Source: Felis catus
Taxonomy: Eukaryota
Reading direction: 5' to 3'
DNA length: 64,000 nucleotides
Assembly: GCF_018350175.1 (NCBI RefSeq)
Contig: NC_058368.1
Span: 68,636,001 to 68,700,000 of the forward strand
Part shown: piece after piece, positions 35,761 through 47,790 of the stretch
Numbering within the stretch: the stretch's first letter is position 1
Layout of the letters: every line of letters starts with the position of its first letter
Made by a program: the position numbers and the translations under genes
The notes under the pieces: model-generated
Told to the model about the DNA's origin: nothing
What the model saw: the letters and a program-made list of their open reading frames with translations, nothing else
Database searches by the model: none

Positions 35761-37589
35761 AATGCCTAAAGAGGAGCAAAGACTCACACCCAACTTTGAA
35801 CTTGGGAACTTTCCCCACAATATGTTTGCTGTGTGTGTGTGTGTGTGTGTGTATTTGATGAAACATGCCTGAGCTCAAGCCAAAATACACTGTCACTGTG
35901 GCTGTGTGTCTTAGAGATGCAGGGCTTTGCCGGTGAACTGTGTGGGTGTAAAATAGAGGAGAGAAAGTGATAGGGCAAGATTCAGCTCTGGCGGGCATTA
36001 AAGAATGTAATATTATGCTTCCTAAGGTACCTTCTCATTAGTGATTCAATGAGGACGTGTTCATGCTTCCGATGGATGTTTAATGCCTTAAGTTAAGTGA
36101 AATGTTCCTGGAGATAAATTCATCTCCTTTCTCATGTGCTCTGGATGCTTAGTAAATATTTAATGTTGACTCCGCATCTTCTTCAGGTTCACAAAGTCCT
36201 TCTCTGCTTTCTGAGGGAGCCGCCCTGGCACATGCTCAGAGAGTAGACCCTGCACCTTGATCTGTCCCTTCCAAAGAAGCCACCTTGCTATAGCTCTGAG
36301 CCGACTGGAGGCAGCCATGTCACCCACAGTAACAGCCCACAATAACAAACTCTTAGTGGGCCCCCTGCTTTTCCCTATTCCCGGCAGCTTCCCCAGGTAA
36401 TTCTTATAATTACTTCCATTTTCTCAAAGAGAATGAAGCTTAGAGAGGGTCAGTTGCCCAAAGGCAAATGGCTAGGAACTGGTGAGCCGAGGCTGGGACC
36501 CACAAGTATCTAACTGCAAGCACACACGCTTATATGATGGACACCTTACTCTCCTATCCCTGCAAAGCACCACTTTTATCCAGAAATCATCGATCTCCTG
36601 GGTTCCCACACTTACAGATGTTTCTGAGGGGGATGGAAGCCTTTCCCTCTGGTCCCAGCAGGGGAGTTGTGCTCCCAGAAGTGAAGTTGGTGCCCCACCA
36701 TGTCACACACCGGCACACCAAGAACAAGGTCTCCTGAGAGTCCAGGCCAACCATTTAGAGCATGTTTTCCGATTATACATTGGTGCTGCATGGTTGCCTG
36801 CAGGGCCAAGAGTGTTCTTTGTCTCAGAAATTGTTGCCAGTCTCATAAGGAAAAGTGGAAAAGTTTTCTAGTCTTCAATAATCAGCCGTCCTACACTCAC
36901 CAGTGGTAGGGCCACTGGGCACAGAACGAAAGGAATCAGCATGGCTTTTTCCTTGCCCAGCACACATTTTTGTTAAGTGATCAGCCCAGAAATGCCATTT
37001 GTTCATCAGAGTTATTCATGCTGAGATGCCTTCTTACCTCTTGGAGCTGAAAAACTGAATTTAACAAGATGAATGGTGTGAACCTTGAGGCTGCATGGAA
37101 CAGGAGCAAGATTAGTTATTTCTCAATTGCCAAATAAATTCTAACCAATTTATGGACCAACAGGTAATGGCTCAAATCCACAGGATCACTTCAGGTGCTC
37201 TGGTACTTGGAAACTTTTCCAAGAGGAAATATGTATGTCTTTTACAAAGGCCAATAAGATGGAGTTTCAGGAAGTCAGAGTTACCAAGTTTGTAGCTATT
37301 GGCCAAGCCCTGAATAGCATCAGGCGAATACTTAGCAAATATCCATGGTAACTCCATCCTCACTAATGTGGTTCTACTCCTGCCCCCAAAGGCAGTGCTG
37401 ACCTGCATACTATTAACTGTAGCACAAGAAAGCCCACCTTGGCTGTGGGGCCTCCCGGGGTCTTGAGAGGCACTTCTGGGTGGGCCCAGGATAGGAGGAG
37501 TGCCTCAGTGGTCCAGACCCTTCAGATTCTTGGCCAGCCCCTAATATACCATACAGTCTTCAGTTGGATTTTCACATTAATAAGACAGA

Positions 37590-38290
37590 AAGGTAGAAAT
37601 ACCATACAACCTGGCAATTTCACTTATGGTTATTTTCTGATGAAAAGGAAAACACTAATTCAGAAAGACATATGCACCCCTATGTTTATTGCAGCATTAT
37701 TTACAATAACCAAGATATATATATATATATATATAATATATATTATATATTTATATATATTATGTACACACACACAGAGGAATATTACTAATCCATAGAA
37801 AAGAATGAAATCTTGCCATTTATGACAACGTGGATGGACCTAGAGTGTGTTATGCTAAGTGAGCTAAGACAGAGAAAGACAAGTACCATATGACTTCACT
37901 CATATGTGGAATCTAAAAAACATAACAAATGAACAAGTGAAAGAACAACAATGACAACAGAAGAAACAGACTCATAAATACAAAGAACATATTGCAGTTG
38001 GCAGAGGGGAGGGAGGTGGGGGAATGGGAGAAACAGGTGAAGAGTATTAAGAGAAACAAACTTCTAGTTGTAAAATAAACAAACAGATCCTCTCGTGGGG
38101 ATAAGAAGTATAGTCTATGGATTACAGTCAATAACCTTGTAATAACATTGAATGGTGACAGAGGACAACTAAACTTATTGGGCGTGGGCATAATATATAT
38201 AATTCTCACATCACTATGTTGTACACCTGAGACGAATATAATATTGTATGTCAACTATGTTTTAGTTAAAAATAAAAAATAAAAATAAAA
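37590..38290 (+). mobile_element. 5'-truncated L1 (carnivore/L1MA-type): ORF2 C-terminal remnant + 3' UTR
   Basis: Translates KTLIQKDICTPMFIAALFTI (L1 ORF2 C-terminus); aatgaaatcttgccattt; tgtacacctga...tgtatgtcaacta + A tail. Confidence 0.92.
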
Positions 38291-39039
38291 GGGCAGGTTG
38301 AGCTCCTCCCTCAAACCTCTAAAAGGAGTGTAAAGGGTTTTAAAAAAAAACATTAAAAAACACTCAACAGAGAGGAAACCACAGAAACCTAATTTTGCAT
38401 GTCGCAAGACAGATGGATGAATGGCCACTGACTTGGCAGATCCCTGGGAGCTGAAACCCAAGCCAGCAGCAGGTACAGACAAGAAGCAACCCGACTGTGC
38501 ATCAGAAAACCAGCAGTGATGGTGCCAGGTGCTTTCAAAGTGGGGGTGAAGAGAGGGCTGGAGATGGGAGAGCGGTTGAAAGTCTGAGAGGCGGGTAGGT
38601 GCTAGGCTCCCCCTCTCCATTCCGCATAGCCCCACGAGCACGCTCCCTTCCCCCACCCCGGGCAGGAGACTAGAAGTGTGTTTTTGGAGGGTAAGCGAGC
38701 AGGGTTCTGGCACGGGGAAGACCCAGACACAGCTCAGGGCACAGCTCAGGGTAGTGTGTTCCACAAAGCACTGGTTCTGGTAACAATCCACTTGGGCTGG
38801 GCAAGGGGAACACCATTTATAGTCACTGCCAACTTCAAAGGGGTAAATATTCCCACCAAAGCTAATTTTCAGTGAACAACACAAAGTCTGATCATGGAGT
38901 TGGAAAGAGATACACATAGTTAACTTCTCTGAACTGGGCACACTAGCTCCAGGACCACCAACAATGCTACAAACAGAGGTATTGAATGGAAGTTTATGCA
39001 CCAAACTGTGAGATAACCTCCACCTTCATTTCCTTTTCT

Positions 39040-39105
39040 TTTTTTTTTTAATGTTTATTTATTTATTTTGAGAGACAGAGAGCCATCAGGGGAGAGGCAG
39101 AAAGA

Positions 39106-39147
<42 letters not shown>

Positions 39148-39270
39148 CCCAAGGAGGCTCTGCAGCTGTCAGCACAGAGCCCCACACTGGGCTCGAACCC
39201 ACAAACCATGAGATCATGACCTGAATCAAAGCCAAGAGTCAGATGCTTAACTGAGCTTCCCAGGTGCCCC
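39040..39270 (-). mobile_element. Can-SINE with (GA)n expansion
   Basis: Perfect TSD catttccttttct at 39027-39039 and 39271-39283. Confidence 0.96.
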
Positions 39271-40096
39271 CATTTCCTTTTCTAGCAATGCCCATATTCA
39301 CACAGCCTGGATGATACCTTATAGGTAGTAGATCGGAAGGTTTTTTTTTCCCTTGGAGAATTTGACAGGTTGGTAAGAGATAAGGAGACTTGGAAATACT
39401 TATAATCATGAGCACCCCCCTGAAATGACCAACCAGATTCTTCTATAATGTGCATCTGACAACAAACCCTCCCTACAAAGAGTTTTCAGTGGTGCTTTAC
39501 AGACCTATAAACATCCAAAGATGATGTAATTTTAGGAAATATGCCAACTTGAAAGTCAGAAGTGAAAAAAGAACAAAAAGGAATTTGGAATAAAAAGAGA
39601 AAAAGTGTGGTAGAAAAACATCTCAAAAATACTGGGATGGATTATTACATTCATGAAACAAGAAAAGGAAGTCTTTATAAAGGAACATTCAGAAAGCAGA
39701 AAGGAATCTTAAAAATTAAAAAAGTACTGTAGGAAAGCAGGAAAATCTCAATGAATGAGTTGAAAGGTAAAGCTCAGGAAAGTTTCTTGAAAGGGGGAAA
39801 GGCAAATAAGTGAAAAATGATAGAAAGATATTTTAAAATAGATTATTAACCCAAGAGGTGCAAAATCAAATGATAGGAGTTTCATACAAAAAGAAGAAAC
39901 AGGAGAAAACTATCCAAGAAATGCTATAAATGAAGTTTCCAGAATGTAAATGCATGAGTTTCCAAATTAAAGGGACTACCAAGTGTCAGAAAACTGGATA
40001 GAAAAGGCCCAAGCCCAGGCACATCACTGTTAAATTTCAGAACACTAGAGACAAAACCTTTCATAAAACTTTCAGAAAGTAAAAACAAATGATCAA

Positions 40097-40312
40097 GGGG
40101 CACCTGGGTGGCTCAGTCGGTTGAGCACCGACTTCGGCTCAGGTCATGATCTCGTGGTCTGTGGGTTTGAGCCCCACGTCGGACTCTGTGCTGACAGCTC
40201 AGAACCTGGAGCCTGCTTCAGATTCTGTCTCCCTCTCTCTCTGCCCCTACCCCACTCATGCTTTGTCTCTCTCTATCTCAGAAATAAATAAACATTTAAA
40301 AATTTTTTAAAC
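40097..40312 (+). mobile_element. Can-SINE (SINEC_Fc-type)
   Basis: Perfect TSD aaaacaaatgatcaag at 40082-40097 and 40313-40328. Confidence 0.97.
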
Positions 40313-40924
40313 AAAACAAATGATCAAGATTCAGAATAGCATTGCACTTCTCAATTTCATGCTGGAAAGTAGAGATACATGTCAATGCATGGCTTCAAAA
40401 TGTGGAGGGGCGGTATTATTTGCAATCTAGTACTCTGTTTTCAGCCACATCATCAACTGAGAGTATAAAATAAAGACATGGTCCGATATTCTAGGTCCTC
40501 ATATTTTCCTTCCTTAAAAAAAAAAAAAACTTAAAAAACCAAAATTTTCTTTCCTTGCACCTTTTTTCAGAAAGCAACTAGAGGAAGAAAAATTTTAAAA
40601 CAAAGGAGTATATAAATTTAAAAAGGACGGTGGATTCAGGAACCAAGTAATGAAACAGAATAGCCAAAAGAATCTCCAAGGGCAATGGTGAAGAGAGATC
40701 CCAGAAGGGCATCTCAGCAGTAAATCTAGAGAATATTAACACCAGATCCTGCCAGGGAGGCACAGGGCTTCGAGGAAGTCTCAAAACACAAGAATCAATA
40801 GCATCGTGAATGTGTGTGCCTATTAAGAGGAGATTTACATATATGATTTACATATGTGGTAAAGCATTTGGGGATTAATTAGTAATAGGTATATAGAAAA
40901 CTAGGCAACTCCCTCAATGGAAAG

Positions 40925-41030
40925 AAAAGGGGAGGGAAGGAGAAGGGAGGGGATGGGGGAGGGGAGGGGGGAGGGGAGGGGGGAGGGGAGGGGAGGGAAG
41001 GGAAGGGAAGGGAAGGGAAGGGAAGGGAAA
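40925..41030 (+). repeat. Polypurine (GGGGA)n/(GGGAA)n tract
   Basis: Directly visible. Confidence 0.95.
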
Positions 41031-42005
41031 ATCACTAACTCCAAGGACATAAACATGAGTGTAAGAAAGGAAGTGTAACAATAGTTCACTATATGGCTCA
41101 GCCGGAAATAGCATTTTCCAACTTCATAGCAATGTAAAAGACCATATGTTGATGCAAACCAACATTATAATTGTATAGGAAGAATATGAGGGGGAGAGAG
41201 AGAGACAGAGAAAGACTGCCTACAGGGAGGGGGAGGGCTAAAAAAAACCAAAAAACTTAAATTCTAAATTCTAGTCTTCTATGGAGAACTAAGAACAGTA
41301 ACTGGAACACTATGCGCACATTATTTATATAAATGTGAGTATAATCAAAAGACATAATCAATAGAAGTCAGCAAATAGAAGTAGTTAACAGTTAAAGTAG
41401 TTGGGGGACAGGGGAGAAGAGGCTACTGAAATTTTTTAAGTAAGACTTGCAGAAAAAAATTTCATTTTAATGCCATGAACACATGCAATTTTGATTAAAT
41501 ATTAAACATAAAGCAAGAAAGAAAATGATTATATTTAGAGAAAATGGAAAACCTTTAATAAGACTAGAACTATCTGTGAATACCTGACTATTGCCTAAGT
41601 GATTGGAACAAAGAATAGTGTGGACTCCAGGCAGAAGCAAACCATAAAGGATCATGCCCAACCCCACAGGTCTGGCGCCCATTCACAAAGGGTGGCAGAA
41701 AAGTGGCCAACAATTTGACCATGTCCACAGTATCATGAGATTTTCTGATATGTGGAAAACTTACCAATGTTCTTGCTTCCAGATAAAGTATGCCCATAAA
41801 TTTCTCCCATATGCTACCACTACCCTTTGACATACTTCTATGTAGAAGGAACTTAACCGAACTCTAATGACCAAGTTCTATGTGTATCTAATTCATTAGA
41901 TGTTGATTGACTCTGTGAATTCAATTTCAAGTAGTAAATATTTCTAAAGGACAAATAGTCTGTTGTAGACCATGTACTCAAGTGTGCTCAAGAACCAAAG
42001 ATCGG

Positions 42006-42140
42006 CCTTCCTTCCCTCCCTCCTTCCCTCCCTTCCTCCTTCCTTCCCTTCCTTCCCTCATATCTCCCCTTCCTTCCTTCCTTCCTTCCTTCCTTCCTTC
42101 CTTCCTTCCACTCTCTCTTCCCTCCATGCCCTCCCTCCCT
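42006..42140 (+). repeat. (CCTT)n-like polypyrimidine tract
   Basis: Directly visible. Confidence 0.92.
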
Positions 42141-45100
42141 ATGTGTGTCTAATATGCGTAGAAGCTGGGGAAACAATTTCTTCCTCTCAGAACCCATAGT
42201 CATAAAAGGAAACTAGATGCGTACAAAAATTAGACTGGAGATGAACCAATCTTCTAATTCTCATAAGAATTTTGTATAAGGCTTTTAGTTTTCACAAGAG
42301 GATGTTAACCCTATTTTTCACCTGGTTGAGTTTTGAAGAATATGGATTCACATCAGCAGTGCAGAGAGGGAGTGATTAAATCCTTCAGGAAGAAGCAGAG
42401 AAGGCAACACGGGATAAAAGCGTCTTGTTCTGCTGTTCTCCCTAATGCCTAACCAGAGTACTTGGCACAAGATTTGTGTGACCTAAATGTTTCTTGAATG
42501 AATAAATGGTGGAAAGAAGGGTGGATGGATGGATGGATGGATGGGCTAATTCATATGCAATTCACCTTGGCTTATTAAGAAAGTGATTCTAAGAGTAGAA
42601 GAACTATACACTGTTGAGTGCCAATAACTTGGGTTGATTCCAAAAGAGAAATCTTTGGAAGGATCTGATTCTAAGGCTTCTTCTATACATCAGGACATGA
42701 GTATTCCAGTGCCTTCAGCTTTCATAAGTACAATTTTGAGATGGGCCTAGACTCCCAAGGGCCTCATGTTTTTAAAACTGCTCATTTTTAGAGCTCTTTG
42801 TTTCCTTGGCTTAGATTTCAGGGAACCACCAGACTAGTTACACACACGGACTTTAAGACTTTTTTTTAGCTATTTTTATTTAAGTTAGAAACACATTTTC
42901 CATGCTCTCATTTCAGGTTGTTCTCTTGTTCTCTTTTTCTCTTTACCAAGGTGTGTGTGTGTGTGTGTGTGTGTGCACGTGTGTGCATGTATTTCTTTAA
43001 TATATATGTAATATAAATTATATATAATTATATATAATTATATATGTGTGTGTATATATACATATATATAATGCAGGTTTTAAATAACTTTTCCATCCAA
43101 AATATAATTCTGTTCCGCTCATTCTCACCCTTGTCTAAATCCAAAGTCATTATATGTATTGGGAAGGAAGTTATTTTCTTATGTTTAAAAGACAGTATAG
43201 CTGTTAAGAGACAGATGTCTATTATAATGTTAACTCTGGAGAGAAAGAGCCTTCTGGAATCAGACAATTGTCTCTTAAGGCAGCTGAGTGATTTCAGTTG
43301 AGTTGTAAGGAAAATCCAGACTGTATTTAGCTCACCTTGCTGAGCTAGCTGGCTGCTTCCCCACTCACTGCAGAAGAAGAAACCCCCTAATAAGTCTCAA
43401 ATTGCTTTCATTGAAAGGAACCATTGCTTCAAGGAAAGAATAAATGTAGGGCCGCCAAAACAGGAGGACTTCTGCTTGCTAGAAATAAAGAGAAGACATT
43501 TCTTCGTTTCTGTCTAATTGCATTTAGTTTGCCTTTAATTCTTTGAAAATAGTGTGGAAAACGTAGCACTTACTTCAGTAGCTTCATTGCAAGGCACTGA
43601 AACACCCACATACGCACACACACTGAAAGAATTAGACAGGTGAGCCCATAAATATGCTTAAAAGGTATATGGCCAACCATAAAGGTATCTTTTGAAAATT
43701 AAAAATATTGGATCCATCAATTCTCTTTTGGATCTCAGCACTTAACTCTCTTAGCTTTGTAGGTGAGTAAGTCAAGGCAGCGTTTGGACCATTGTATATA
43801 TGGGACGTAATTTATGAGGCAATCACAAACCATTTAAGCCAGTTCTCAGCCCCCATTTATTCTCTGAGCATGGACATACCTTTCTACTTACTCTCAGGGC
43901 ATCCTATGGGTGTTGCTAAGCCATGCAGCCCTGGCTGGCCAATGTCCATCTGCCTGCAACACTCACACTGTTAGCACAGCCTGGGTGGTTACCCCTCTGC
44001 CTCATTAGAGCCAAGCTAACCATGGTTGTTGGCATTGGCTTTTCATTCTCAAGGATAAACACCTGAGAATGGAAATCAGCAATCTCAGCTTTCCAAACAT
44101 GCTCTTCTTAGCATGGTTGCAGCCAGAGGTTGGCTTTACAGCCTGGTGAAGAGGGCTTTATTTTATTTCACTCAAAACTGTTTACTTGTTAAAACACTTT
44201 TTTTTTCTGACCCCATAGTTTGGGTAAAAGTGAAAAGGGGCAGTTCTCACTTCATTTTTTAGTGGAGATGGAGAATGTCATGCAAGGTTTTGTTGTAATA
44301 CTGAAGATGGGAATTTCGGTGTTTTGTTGGAGGATGTCTGTTGGTCCTTGCTGTTCACATTGTGGTCTACCTGCAACAGCTTCGGCATCACCTGACAGGT
44401 TTTAGAAAAAGAGAATCTCAAGCCCTTCATGTTCTTTTTAACAAAATGCTAGGTAATTCATATAGTAAAGTTGGAGAAGCACTAGTTAGGATGTTGTCTT
44501 TCACGGAAGCCAGTGCAGATTAATTCCAATGGCATTTGGCATTGAAAGGAAAATTAATCCAGTTGAACATCATACTCTGTTTTTCAAGAATGCAGCATCT
44601 TCTTTTGCCCCCACACCTCTAGAGACTTTCAAGTATTTGGCTGGGTTCTCATTGCTTGTTCATTACAACCGTCATCAACTCCTTTTATAGCTGAGTTGTA
44701 CCTTGCAATAGTGGGTAAAGATAATCTTTGAACAGCTTCCTTGAAAGTGTTTGGACTTTAAGGTCTGAAATTCCCAGAGCATGTTGGAACTTTCAGGTTT
44801 TTTTAGTAACTTTTACTTCTTTTACTGGATTATAATAGTGTTGCACAAATCTTGTACAGATTATTATGAGCTTTCATTATAATTAATACTATGGCTGTAA
44901 TATTTTTATGAATGAACAAGTTAAGCATCATGTTGAAAAGGTCTAATACGCATATAGAATAGAATAGCTTATTCTAGATGACCATGAATTCTGTCTTTAT
45001 GCTGATAGACCATAAACCTTCCTGATAGAACTGGGGACTTACCAGCAATTGACAAATGAAAGCTTGCCATGGCTTCAGTTGCCCCAAGCTTTGAAAATTA

Positions 45101-46975
45101 CTTGGAATTGGTAGACACACTTGAATGGTGTTTGGGGTCCGTTTTTTGAATGCAGTGAGTGATTTTTCTTAAAGATAAAAGCCCTATATTTTAACACAGG
45201 GACACAGGGTGTGAGGAGGACATCCAGCTGAGATCTACATCAAACCAACTCTAAGAATGAAAAGTCTGGTGGGGGAATAGGAAATGCACTGGTTCTTGGC
45301 TTCTAACCTTGGATAAGTGGAAACGTTCAGTATGTAAGCAGTGACTCATAGAAGTGAATTCTTGCAGAGAGGGCTCCTATGTGCAGTATTGGGTGTATTT
45401 TCTGTGTAACACCTGTTACTTTTAATACGCACATCCGTACACATAGGTTTCTTTGTCTTTATGACTATAGTTCCTACTGCTTATGGCTTAGGGAAACTAT
45501 GAAACTCTAAGCATAGGTCCTAAGACCCTGGAAAATATAGGCACCTTGTGCTCCTCACTGTTCATTCACAGTCCTCAGGAGGAAGTCAGGACAGCCGTTA
45601 AGAAGCGTATGGACATTGTGTAGTTCAGCCTCTCTCCACTGACACAGACTGGTTGGAGTGAATATACTCCTCTTTGCCTATGGCTTCCAAGAGTGCAGAT
45701 CTGTGCAAAATTATATTTTTTAGTAATCTACTTTCAAGATCTAACATAAAACAGGTTTATTCTTAATACCTAGCTAAGATCTGGGTGACTAAAGAAGACT
45801 ACAGGTAGGATGGGGGAGACTGGAAAGCCAGGGCACTGGAGGATGGTAGGAAACAAAGGACTTGAGAAGCTCCAGCTTCCTGTGGGGGTGGGGGTGGGGC
45901 GGAAATTTAGAGGAAGAGGAGGGGACACCACAGAAGATCATTTCCGGGCTAACCAGAGCATGGGCCTACCTTCAGCTGCAGACTGATCAGGTCTGCAGTT
46001 GCACTGCCACCGTCATGACCCAAAATGACAACAAAGTCACAACTAAGAATGTGTGCTCCATACTTAAGAGTTAAAGGAGAAGAAGAAAGCAGTTAGCACA
46101 AAGAACCTCTCACAACAAGGGCAAGTGCCAGCCTACACCTCACAGGACCTGGCCCCACCTTCCCTTTTCCCTTCTGGGCTATAACAGTTGTGGGCTGGGG
46201 AAAGAGGACAGATGAGGTCTGATGCCAGGCATTTAAATCTATAAATTATGAAACCTAGTCCAGTGGCTAATGGAGCCCCGTCTCCCCCAGGGCAGCCTTG
46301 CCATGAGGGACCCTGAGAGGGACCTAGAGCACATCAGTGGGGTGGGACAGGGTGGGAGCTGGTCCAGGCAGAGGAAAACTCTGGGAGGGGGCCACCCTGC
46401 ACAGCTCTGCGAAGTGCCAGGCCAGGCAGGAGCCTCTTGTCCAACTTCATGTTTCCAACTCAGTTTCCTAATCAGGCAGTTCTAAGCACCTTTCAGAACT
46501 TTGCCACCAGAGCAGGGGAAAGAGGACTGCGATTATAAGAGGATCTCAGTTTGCCTAAATGTTGCCTGGGTGACTTAGGTGGCCAACTTCAGAAGGAAAC
46601 TCCCCACTCTTCCTCTGATTCCCAAGAGCAGAGGCAGGGATTGTCTCCTCCCTCTGCACACACTTGCACACTCCCAGCAACTGCTCCCATGTCCTCTGGC
46701 CTGGGGGCCCAGTTTGCTCCCTGCATCTTCCCCAGGTAATTCCTATTTGCTCCACTGGTCAATGACTTGCAGAAAACTTTATTTTAGACTGAAGGGAAGG
46801 AAAATGCTTTGTGCTGAGGTGTTTCAGATACACAAGGACACTGAAATGTGAGACCCAGTGCTACTCGGTCTGGTCTGTGCCCAGGTTTAAGGTGGCATTC
46901 TAGTCTCATTGGTGCCATTGCGAACAACAAATTACTGTTTGCTAATGGTGCTTCCTTTGCCTGGAGTGTCTGTCA

Positions 46976-47017
<42 letters not shown>

Positions 47018-47089
47018 TGCACAGACCATTTCTTCCTTTTTGGCAATTCCTGCTCATCAGTCAGGACACAGATCAGTTTTTACCCTCTA

Positions 47090-47790
47090 TACAGGAAGTA
47101 ACTACTGAAACCCTAACCCCCAGTACCTCAGTATGTGCCCTTATTTAGAAACTGGGTCACTGCAGATGTAGTTAAGTACGATGAGGTCATACTGCAGTAG
47201 AGCGGGCCCCTAATCCAGTATGACTGTCGTCATATGGGAGGAGAGAGACACAAACATAGAAAGGAGCATCCTTGTGAACACACAGATGGACAGAAGGAAG
47301 GTGGCTTTGGGGCACCTGGGTGGCGCAGTCGGTTAAGTATCCGACTTCAGCTCAGGTCATGTCTCACGGTTTGTGGGTTTGAGCCCTGCATCGGGCTCTG
47401 TGCTGACGGCTCAGGGCCTGGAACCTGCTTCGGATTATGTGTCTCCCTCTCTCTGCCCCTCCCCTGCTCATGCTCTATCTCTCTCTGTCTCTCAAAAATA
47501 AATAAACACAACAACAAATCATTTTAAAGGAAGGAAGGTAGCCTTGTGACCACAGAAGCAGAGACCAGAGTTATACATCTACAATGCAAATAATGCCAAA
47601 GAACACTGATAATTCCAGAAGCCAAGAGAAATTCGGAACAGATTCTCTCCCAGAGCCTTCAGAGACAGCATGGCTCTGCCAACACCTTGATCTTGGACTT
47701 CCAGCCCCCAGAACTGTGGCAGAACATTGCTGTTGTTCTAAGCCACCCAGTCTGTGGTACTGGTTATGACAACCTTAGGAAACTCATGCA
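47090..47790 (+). mobile_element. MLT1 (B/C-like) LTR split by a SINE
   Basis: ccctaacccccagtacctcag...gatgaggtcatact...accttgatcttggacttccagcccccagaactgt...taagccacccagtctgtggtac...ggaaactcatgca. Confidence 0.9.
47309..47529 (+). mobile_element. Can-SINE inside MLT1
   Basis: TSD gaaggaaggt(g/a)gc(t/c)tt flanks the element. Confidence 0.96.

Larger units (their letters stand above)
38300..41510 (+). mobile_element. HAL1-like (ORF1-only LINE) element, decayed, interrupted by two SINEs
   Basis: A-rich ORF1-like segment (aaatttcagaacac, cagaatagcattgcacttctca, tcagaaagcaactagagga); no ORF2 motifs; homologous to 60380-62200. The 5' boundary is uncertain. Confidence 0.7.

Noticed and set aside
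36160..36348. Minus ORF MAASSRLRAIARWLLWKGQ... as a processed pseudogene or microprotein
   Set aside because: No parent gene recognised, no poly-A or TSD; a tblastn search would settle it
38729..38752. Short tandem duplications (also about 3210, 24326, 29802, 40833 and 62603)
   Set aside because: Ordinary two-copy slippage events with no further structure
38255..39004. Longest ORF (249 aa, minus)
   Set aside because: Antisense to the HAL1-like 5' region and L1 tail; no recognisable domain or splice structure
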